A stretch of DNA of 64,000 nt from Marsupella aquatica (taxonomy: Eukaryota; Plantae; Marchantiophyta): the NCBI GenBank assembly GCA_973895155.1, contig OZ316899.1:2255573-2319572 (forward strand). The letters are read 5' to 3'. Shown in pieces: positions 55,725 to 64,000 of the stretch. The position numbers and the translations under genes were made by a program. The notes beneath the pieces were generated by a model. It ran no database searches. It was not told where the DNA came from and saw only the letters and a program-made list of their open reading frames with translations. The number at the start of each line of letters is the position of its first letter. Position 1 is the first letter of the stretch.

Positions 55725-56572
55725 TGTAGCATGGCATGAACAACACTGACAAGGAACTCATCCTTCCATACTAAATTGCCTTCTCAAAGACCCTCTATGA
55801 GAAGAAATGCCTTTGATCAAGGTGTCTCCTTTGGTGGAGTATAAGCAACTCCTTGATCCTCCCAGAACTGGGATGATTTAGACTTGGGTGTATTTGTTCA
55901 AGAAGATTCACCATCTTGAAGACCCGCTCTGAGGTTGAATGCACTTGATCAAGATTTCTCCTTCACTGGTGTATCACCATCTCCAAGATCCTCCCACATT
56001 TGGAATGAATTGGATGGAGGTGTACTTGATTGAGAAGGTTCACCATCTTGGAGACCCCTTCTGAGATTGATTGCACTTGGTCGAGGTGTCTCCTTCACTG
56101 ACTCATCTGCATCTCCAAGATCCTGCCACACTCGCGACAAATTTGAGTCGGGTGTACCAACTTGGGGAATATTTTTGACATAGTATATTGTTCCATAATT
56201 CACCCGGTTCATCAATCTGTGGGGGGTGTGCAAAATCTCCAAGACCCTCACTAACATTGCATGAACTTGCTTTCTTTTTGTAGAGAGTATAGGACATGCC
56301 ACATTTCAGATACCATCTTGCTCATCTCCATCTCCTTTGGATTCAGCAAAAGTGGACAACCCTCCTTCTCTCTCCTCGTAAATCATGAATCCCGTACCTT
56401 GAAACCAAATTGGCTTGCTACTTCATGCTCCTTAGTCACTTGAACATTGTCTCCCTCAATCTGACAAAAAACAATATCCCCGGTTACTGATTGAATTATC
56501 ACAAGAGAAGCCATGTGTCCCAAATCCACATTGGGAGTGTTAGTCGCCAGGCCTTTGGCTTTATACATCAGA
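55725..56572 (-). pseudogene. DNA-transposase-like gene, first (N-terminal) fragment
   Basis: Other flank of B's TSD; long, partly open minus-strand frame (55949-56302, 56383-56568) leading toward the 17.6 kb fragment. Confidence 0.5.
55810..56140 (-). repeat. 132-bp (44-codon) degenerate tandem repeat, about 2.5 copies
   Basis: ctcc(a/t)(a/t)gatcct at 55849, 55981 and 56113; peptides WQDLGDAD, WEDLGDGD, WEDQGVAY. Confidence 0.8.
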
Positions 56573-57251
56573 TGTTAAAGTCTTTGTACCACCATCGATC
56601 CGGGTTGGGCTGATCGGGGGCCCCAAGCGGCGATGAGACCTAAGGACCTAGGAATGAGCACTGGGTCGGCCCGATCACAACGGGCTAAGGCACTCCACTT
56701 GCGGATGCCTAACGAGAAAGTTAGGGGCGTTGCCACTTGGTGGCGCGCCCATTATGCGCGATAGGATCCGGGTTGGGGGCCAAATGTTTAGGGATCAAAG
56801 CTGGTCCGGGGGTGGCAGGTCTCCATAAATATATATGAGGGGAGTGGTGTCTCCCTGGGGACTAAGGCCGAGCCAAAGTCGTGAGCCACGGCGATCACGA
56901 CCCTATGGAAAACCGCCAAACGGAAACAACAATATCTTCCCAATGGGAAGTCCGTTGGAGGACTTCTTGGGTGCGTTGGAAAGATATCAACAAGGGCTAC
57001 GCCCTCTTGAGCTCAACTGGGTCTGGAGGCACCATGGGTTCTTGGGGTTTGTTGGGTGTTAACTCGCCCGCTTGCCAAATCCTGCCGAATAACATCCAAG
57101 CCGCGTTCAGTCTCCCAAGGAAGCTTGCGTTGGGGAGGCAAGGCGAAGTAGGTGTGGAGGTTGAGTTCCAAGAGGGTTCGGCCCCTAGACCATTAGTGAG
57201 GCAAATTGGGAGTTGGTTGCTAGAGTCGTGGCCATTCTGGTCCCGACGTGT
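56573..57251 (+). mobile_element. H2: truncated LTR related to the H 5' LTR region
   Basis: Begins TGTTAAAG; 56597-57251 is an inverted homologue of about 5847-6480; TATA-like TAAATATATATGAGGGG near 56830. Confidence 0.75.
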
Positions 57252-57675
57252 TCCTTGAAAGGGGGTTTTTATAAAATAAAATAAGCCGCGAAACCCCACG
57301 GCGGGGGGAAGCAAATAGGGAATGTTCCATCACAGATAGAATACAATATACACATCCCGGCAAGTGTGGTTGTCAAAATCTATGGTCCCATAGAACCGCC
57401 TCATCAATCCTATATACAGTGCCATGTGGTATGGGTGTCCCTGCAATTTTTTCTGGAAACTTGTTTATTTTTAGCATATCACAAGATTTACTTACACTTT
57501 AGACACCTTCCGGCCAACATTTACTTGTTCTGGACACTTATAGAAATATTTGACATCTCCGGCTTTCCTGACGATTCCTAGTGTACTTTGCCCGACGCTG
57601 TGACCAGCGCCCGTTTCTTTTACTCAAGACGCTGCGGAAGCGTCCAACCTCCTCATGACGCTTTTGGCAGTGCCC

Positions 57676-57774
57676 GACCGCCACCAAGACTCTATGAGGA
57701 TTTCGACCGACCGCCACCAAGACTCTATGAGGATTTCGACCGACCGCCACCAAGACTCTATGAGGATTTCGACC
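57676..57774 (+). repeat. 33-bp perfect tandem repeat, 3 copies
   Basis: GACCGCCACCAAGACTCTATGAGGATTTCGACC x3, with no spacers. Confidence 0.95.
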
Positions 57775-58884
57775 GACGCTGTGGAAAGCGTCAGCTTCAA
57801 CACACGACGCTGTGAGCAGCGTCCACCCTAGTATTGACGCTGTGAGCAGTGTGAGCAGCGTCCGTTGGTTTTACTTAAGACGCTTCTAGCAGCGTCCAGA
57901 TTCTCCCGACGCTTCTAGCAGCGTCCGCTCAACACTTAGTTTTTGAAGTAGATTACTAGTAAAGTAGTATTCTACCACCCTTGTTGAAGTACTTATGCTG
58001 TGCTTCTCCCTTGTTTAGTTTTAAGCTTGGAAAGGCACGACTGTTCTTACCTCCTCCATTTTAGGATTCCAGCACTTATAAGACAGAGTAGAATGCTCAT
58101 TTGAAGTAGAGAGAAATAGAGTTAATACTGTATTCAGAATTGAGTCTTCTGAATAGTTTTCTCCTCCTTCCATTGTAACAAGGCATGCTGTGAGTGTTTT
58201 GTATGGAAGTAAAGCTATATTGATTGAAGTTAAGATTGAATTCAAGAGATTCCTGTGGTGATTGAATTCAGTTGCAGATTTCTGAAACTCGTATTGAATT
58301 CACTGCTAGGCTTGCTTGCAGAGTCGGGATTCGCTAGCCAATTCAAGAATAGTTAATGATAAATGAGAAGTAAATTCTGATTCTCAGAGTAGTTAGTACT
58401 GTTGCTTTGATTCTGGAATATGGTTTAGAGTTTGACTGAATTGCGTATCGCTGATGTCAAACCATGTTGACGGCATTTTAAATCATATCATTCATTTGCA
58501 ATCAGAAAGCTTCTGCTTCATCAGATTGAGAATTCCATTATCATTAACCTTTGTGTTTTGAAGAGTGAGATGGATGAATTATGAGATAGATTTCATGTCT
58601 ATACTGAGCCCAAATCCTTTCTGAAGGAGTGGCAGTAGCTTGTAGTCTCTAAATCCTTACTCATTTCTTCTCTAATTCATAAATCAGAAGTTCAGTTACT
58701 TTGTTGTTTGTTTATTCGATTTTTTTTATTGAGAAGTGAAGTCAACATAGAGCTCAAGACTCTAAATCACTCGGAGTGATAAAAGTTATACAATTCATTC
58801 TGAAATCTGTTCTTAAAGGGATCGAAACCCTGGTTTTAGGTGAGGAGAGTCACTTTTGATACTTAGCACTATACGACATCTTTT

Positions 58885-58903
58885 TGGCGCCGCTGCCGGG
58901 GAA
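58885..58903 (+). other. PBS of F, tRNA-Asp-like
   Basis: TGGCGCCGCTGCCGGGGAA, 6 nt after the LTR end. Confidence 0.9.
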
Positions 58904-60096
58904 CGAATTTAAGATTGAATTGACGTACAGGCAGTGTATGCCAGAAGGAGCTAGACGGGAGAGGAATTCACGTTCTACTATAATTGTGAAGATGCGTCAT
59001 CACTCCAGTTAAAAAGATGAAGAGCTTCCATTTCGAGGTGATGCCGTACTCTATCCAAAGCGCCCCGGAAGCTCTCTTAAGAGTATTGGAAAAATTTGTG
59101 GTGCCAAACTTAAGAGAAGAAACCGCCCTCCCACCAGAAAAGGCCTCACAGAGAGGAGCTGTTGCTCGTCAAGTTGCTTTGGAGATAGTCGAAGACACCA
59201 AAGACACTTTGAGTGACAAGTGAAGTTATTCTAACGTTGCTCGGGACGTATGATTTGTAAAATTGTCCAACCATCCTGGTTCGTGTGACCGATGCCACCT
59301 ATCCGATCTTTGGGAACATTAAGAATTAGGAATTTGAGGAATCGTTATGTTAATTCTTGGGTTCTGAGCCTGAGAGGGAGGAATGGCATACATTGGTTAA
59401 CTATCACCTGGTGGGAAGATGAAAGTTTGCATTTAGTAATATTAAGGCTGAATGGTAGGATCACACAGGAGTGATATTTAGTCATTTCCATTCGGGAGTT
59501 AGCGGAAAGAATCATGCACCAGGAATTGCGTAGAAGATTAGGAAGGAGTTAGACGTCTGATTAGTAGGATGGCCTAGTGTAGCGTACCATGTGGTAAAGA
59601 AATTTCAGGGTGAAGGAAGTCGGAGATTATGGGGAACGCCCGGTTCCAGTAATCGCCACCGTAAAGGAGATAAGGAAGGACGCCGCGAAGAGCGTCCAAT
59701 GCGATTCGTCCCAGAAGATTCCGCAAGTCAGGACGCTTCGAGTAGCGTCCGATCCCAGTGGACGCTGTGAGCAGCGTCCGGTGGAATCTGTGACGAACCA
59801 ACGTGCGCGACGCTTCTGGTGTGCCTTTCCGCGTCTCAACCTGAAGGACGCACCAGAGAAAACGAGGTTTTAGAATCTCGGCTGGTCACTGAAGGGAAGT
59901 ATTAGCTACGGGATAGCAAGGGGGAGGAATCATGCAAGGGATGTTGAACGACGCTACGGGAAGTCACTTTGAGGAAGCAGGTTCATATCTCCCGGAGTGG
60001 GGTGATAACGTCGCACCTAAATGGTGACTCCTTGCATAAAGACTCCTGAGGAGCGGGTCTGGTGTCTCAAAATCACCCGTGCTTGGAGAATGAGGG

Positions 60097-63000
60097 ATGT
60101 CTGAGGGAGATCCACCGAATAAAAGAAAACCTACCAAGACCTCCAGTAATTCGGATGCTGCAAAATTAGTAGTGACCCCTCGCACATTGTTACCCGAATT
60201 CCAGTCACCAGGAGCACCTGCACCGGGTAGTGTGTGGAAACAAGTGGGATCTATTCAAGAGGCAAGTGGCTCTTTGGAAAGGCCCACGTCGACCCGACCC
60301 CTGTTTGTAAATCTTCGTTCAGGTCCAAAACTTATTGGTTCTCAAAAGACCAAGCTCCGCCAGCAGACAGTACGTTCGGTGAACCAAATTGACTCTGGTG
60401 TGGATAGTACCACTGAGAGGGCCTTATCTCATACCGAAGGAAGAAATTTGGGTTTGCCCGAGAATACAGTTGCAGAATCGCTGGCCCAAGATAATTCTGT
60501 CGATCTTTCACAATTGGATAATCCAGAACCACTGAGTGAAGCCAGTGGTTCGTCTTCTAGTGAGACAAGCAGCAGTTCAGGCTTGGGCAGCCCAAACCCA
60601 TTTGCTACCCGATCAGCTCTTCCTTTCGTTACCCTCCTAGCTCCAACCACGATGGCTCGAAATAATGTGAGGTACGACCGGTTCTTCGGTACTTCCAAGG
60701 AGGATGCAGAGGTGTATTTGAAAGAATTTGAAGCTGCAGCTGCATCCAATGGACAGAGTCAAGACGCTGAAAAAGCCAATCTGTTTGGTGGTCTAATGAA
60801 AAAGGGTGCTCAGAAATGGTATGACCGTTTTCCGGACAAGCAGGATTGGGGGAAATTGAAGGCTGCTTTCTTGGCCAAATATAAAGAAGAAGGAGCAGCT
60901 GCGCGTGCCTTTGCCCGAATCTCACATCTGCACATGAAGAAACATGGGTCTGTGAGGAAATATGCCGACAAATTATTGGATTTGGTAGATCAATATAATC
61001 CAGCTACCTCGAAATCTACTATCAAGGACTGGTTTATTAACGGTTTACCCTCCAGGATTGCTCGTTACGTGAGACGAGAAGGTGGCACCACTTTGGAAGA
61101 AGTACAAGAGGCAGCCCAGAAGTACGTAGACTCGGAGATTTCAGAGAGAAAACGAGTTAAGAAGGACCTGAAGAAAGACAAAAGAAAGAAGAAGAAAACG
61201 TCCAGGTCTAAATCTGACTCGGAGACGGAATCAAGTGGAAGTAGCACTAGTGAGGAGGACGAGAGTACAAATTCGAGCACTAGTGATAGTTCAAGCTCAA
61301 GTTCCGACTCAGAATCCGTTGCTCCTAAAAAGAAGAAATCCTCTGTAAAAGGGAATAATAAAGTTCCCAACCAGAAGAAGATGGATCGCATGATGGAAGA
61401 ACTCTCTGGCCAATTGTCCAAGTTGAATGTCAATATCGCCGCGGTAAAACCAGTACGAAGGTTGCCTGCTCCCATGAGAATGAACGTATGGTGCACCCGA
61501 TGCAGTCAGCAGGGCCATTACCCGAACGAGTGCCCCACATTACGAACCCCGGTGAATTATGTAGATGGTCAAGAAGAGGCTGAGGAGTATGAGTACGATC
61601 CCACGTATACCGTCCAAACAGCACCCCCTGGACAGTATTTCCCACCACCTCCTGCTTCCAGACCGACTTGGGGACCACCTAAGCCCACTTTCAATAAACC
61701 AACGTCAAGACCACCCATGGGACCCCCGGGAGGATACCCACCACGAGGAATGCCGCGTCAAAAAGGGGCTTGTTGGAATTGTGGCCAACCTGATCATTAT
61801 TCACCCCAGTGCCCTTATCCCAAACAGGAGGTGGGGTATACACCTGTCTGTGGGAACTGTGGAAAAGAAGGACACTTACCGGTGGAATGCCCGAATCCGG
61901 CTAAGCCTAGGCTGATGGTTCGATTTGCTCAAGAGCCAGTTAAAGAAGCAAGTCGACCTGAAGCCAAGATTCGGATGGTTTATTCTGAAGAGATGGAGCA
62001 ATGCAGCTTCATTCAACATATGGATGTAAATCGGGTGGAATTAAAGCCAGATTCACTTTTTCATCAACCAGTATCCGGGGTGGTGCCTGATGTCTTGGTA
62101 AGTCATTTAGTGAAACCTGAAGTAGTTGGTATGCCGAATGATCGAGTTCAGAATCGGGATAAAGTTCTGACTAATATTTACGCAACTACTCGTTCGAAGA
62201 AAAAGGAGACCAAGAAGCACGAGCATCAGAAGGTCGCGAAAGCTCCCAAGGATGAAGGGCGCAAGCCATGTAAGGAAGGCCTCGACAAAGAAGACGACCC
62301 TGCTTATGACCGATATGACCCAAAATACTTCTTGCCCGACATCTCTTTGGAAGTGAAAGACCATCTGGAAGAGCTAGTTAAGGAGCAAGTGCAATCTCCT
62401 AACCCACCAGTAGTAGTCAAAGCTAAAGAGCCACTGAAAAATCCAGGTTATGATATTGTTGAAGATGTCAAGAATCATCCTGCACATATCACCATTGGGG
62501 AATTATTACAGGACAATCCGGTTTATAGGCGACAGCTGAGGAGCCTCCTTGCAGGAAAACGGAGGAAGAAGAAGTTACCTTCGGTGGATGTGCTACGAAC
62601 AGAGTGGGAGGACAAAGGACCGATGGAAATTGAGGTTCAAATCCAGGGGTGTGTCATTCGGAGAGTTCCTGTGGATGGAGGAGCCAGCGTTAATCTGATT
62701 ACACAGTCAGCAGCATTTAATTTGGGTTTCACTAAGTTTGAGCCCACTCCCAAGATTTTGCGCATGGCGGATCAGTCTCGTGTGGTACCCATAGGGAAGC
62801 TGACCAGAGTAGAAACTTTGATTGCTGGTGTCCCTTTTCTGTTGGATTATGTGGTTATTAATCCGGAAATACCATCCAGCTTTCCTGTTTTGTTAGGCCG
62901 ACCATGGTTGTATAAGGCTCAAGTTCAGGTTAATTGGCAATCTCAAGAGCTTTCATTTGGGAAGCCTAAGGTGACTGTTAGTTGGGTTCCGGAACCACAT

Positions 63001-63150
63001 TTTGGAGAAACACAAACAGATGATGGGTACACCTCGGATTTTTCGACCTCTTCGCTAGTCCTGCAGCCATTGGAATTTGAACTGGAGGAAGTTCGTTACT
63101 TGGAAGTTTATCTGTCTGATGCTCCCATAAAACCAACTAGGCCCTCCTGA
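60097..63150 (+). CDS. gag: Gag-protease of F, 1017 aa, 3 CCHC knuckles
   Basis: DAEVYLKEFE, CTRCSQQGHYPNEC, CWNCGQPDHYSPQC, CGNCGKEGHLPVEC, VPVDGGASVNL. Confidence 0.92.
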   Translation: MSEGDPPNKRKPTKTSSNSDAAKLVVTPRTLLPEFQSPGAPAPGSVWKQVGSIQEASGSLERPTSTRPLFVNLRSGPKLIGSQKTKLRQQTVRSVNQIDSGVDSTTERALSHTEGRNLGLPENTVAESLAQDNSVDLSQLDNPEPLSEASGSSSSETSSSSGLGSPNPFATRSALPFVTLLAPTTMARNNVRYDRFFGTSKEDAEVYLKEFEAAAASNGQSQDAEKANLFGGLMKKGAQKWYDRFPDKQDWGKLKAAFLAKYKEEGAAARAFARISHLHMKKHGSVRKYADKLLDLVDQYNPATSKSTIKDWFINGLPSRIARYVRREGGTTLEEVQEAAQKYVDSEISERKRVKKDLKKDKRKKKKTSRSKSDSETESSGSSTSEEDESTNSSTSDSSSSSSDSESVAPKKKKSSVKGNNKVPNQKKMDRMMEELSGQLSKLNVNIAAVKPVRRLPAPMRMNVWCTRCSQQGHYPNECPTLRTPVNYVDGQEEAEEYEYDPTYTVQTAPPGQYFPPPPASRPTWGPPKPTFNKPTSRPPMGPPGGYPPRGMPRQKGACWNCGQPDHYSPQCPYPKQEVGYTPVCGNCGKEGHLPVECPNPAKPRLMVRFAQEPVKEASRPEAKIRMVYSEEMEQCSFIQHMDVNRVELKPDSLFHQPVSGVVPDVLVSHLVKPEVVGMPNDRVQNRDKVLTNIYATTRSKKKETKKHEHQKVAKAPKDEGRKPCKEGLDKEDDPAYDRYDPKYFLPDISLEVKDHLEELVKEQVQSPNPPVVVKAKEPLKNPGYDIVEDVKNHPAHITIGELLQDNPVYRRQLRSLLAGKRRKKKLPSVDVLRTEWEDKGPMEIEVQIQGCVIRRVPVDGGASVNLITQSAAFNLGFTKFEPTPKILRMADQSRVVPIGKLTRVETLIAGVPFLLDYVVINPEIPSSFPVLLGRPWLYKAQVQVNWQSQELSFGKPKVTVSWVPEPHFGETQTDDGYTSDFSTSSLVLQPLEFELEEVRYLEVYLSDAPIKPTRPS

Positions 63151-64000
63151 CAATTAACTTCATCATCGGAAGTGGGCCCAGCAGCAGACGAACCTCCTAA
63201 TACTGAGGCTAATAGGGATTTACACCATGATATGGGAATGTCAGCTACCCTTGAGCCATTTGCACCAGAAGTATCCAAACTTGGACTTCAGCCGGCAAAC
63301 CTCACGGATGGAATTGTGGATCCAAAAGCTTGTCAGAAAATCGAAATTGAGCCAGGCAAGTTTTTGAATATTGGTAAGCATATCGAAGGAGAGCTACGGG
63401 AACAGTATATCAGTTTATTAACCCAGTATAAAGATGTCTTTGCCTGGAGTCATTCTGATTTAAAAGGTATCCATCCACATTTGGGCGAACATCGTATTGA
63501 CCTTATGGAAGGAGCAGTACCTGTCCGACAGAGACAGTACCGTTTGAATCCCAAATATTCCATCCTGGTTAAAGACGAGTTGGACAAGCTCACGACTGCT
63601 GGATTTATCTACCCGGTCTTGAGTAGTGAATGGGTCTCACCAATTGTCATTGTCCCCAAAAAGCCGGGACCCGATGGTAAAACGAAAATTCGCGTTTGTC
63701 AAGACTTCCGGAAGTTGAATGCTGCCACTCGGAAAGATCATTATCCTTTGCCATTTATTGATCTGGTACTTGATTCAGTGGCCTTGCATGAGTTATACAG
63801 TTTTTTAGATGGGTACTCTGGTTATAACCAGGTGTCCATTCGGAAGGAGGATCGCGACAAGACTACGTTCACCACCGACTGGGGTACATATGCATTTACC
63901 ATGATGCCTTTTGGGCTGTGTAATGCCCCGGGTACTTTTCAGCGCATTATGATGATTATTTTTCAAGAATATTTGCGGCATTTCATGGAGATTTTTATTG
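63151..64000 (+). CDS. pol: RT of F (partial), in frame after the TGA
   Basis: 283 open codons: [37 protein letters not shown]. Confidence 0.9.

Larger units (their letters stand above)
57250..64000 (+). mobile_element. F: non-chromovirus Ty3/Gypsy element, 5' part (LTR start approximate, LTR end 58878)
   Basis: ...ATACGACA followed by an Asp-like PBS, then gag, PR and RT. Confidence 0.9.

Noticed and set aside
57676-57774. 33-bp repeat x3 as a CRISPR array
   Set aside because: The copies are head-to-tail with no unique spacers, there are no cas genes, and the context is a eukaryotic LTR
59017-59223. 68-aa ORF in F's leader as an Ogre-like ORF1
   Set aside because: Too short, with no recognisable similarity and no second copy for support

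Overview
Plant-type nested transposon cluster with no recognisable host gene, rRNA, tRNA gene or CRISPR array. The oldest layer is a decayed minus-strand DNA-transposase-like gene (pieces at 55.7-56.6, 17.0-17.6 and 12.7-13.0 kb). Ty3/Gypsy elements have inserted into it in layers (element letters are my own labels). H is a decayed chromovirus (1-6.8 kb, minus). B is a decayed non-chromovirus Athila/Phygy-like element (17601-55724, TSD TGTAG). A is a young, apparently intact element inside B's 5' LTR (19135-34143, TSD GAGAG, single 2132-aa Gag-Pol). C (41508-54001, TSD AAAGC) and D (13043-17013, TSD ATCTT) are solo LTRs. C2, D2, G and H2 are fragments, and F is a further element running off the right edge. 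Four observations stand out. (1) The very long LTRs of families A, B, C and D each carry a large protein-coding gene inside the LTR, with a shared domain plus coiled-coil or charged tail; in A it is an intact 618-aa ORF present in both LTRs. (2) Element E (47543-50171) has TG..CA ends and a 5-bp TSD but 252-bp terminal inverted repeats around an LTR body. (3) A covarying stem-loop motif lies near the 3' end of five LTR families. (4) A single UGA-CAA-UUA (TMV/SIRE1-type readthrough context) is the only stop between protease and RT in F. All alignments were made by eye and no database searches were run; family and Pfam assignments are from recalled knowledge. A non-seed land plant origin is only an inference.
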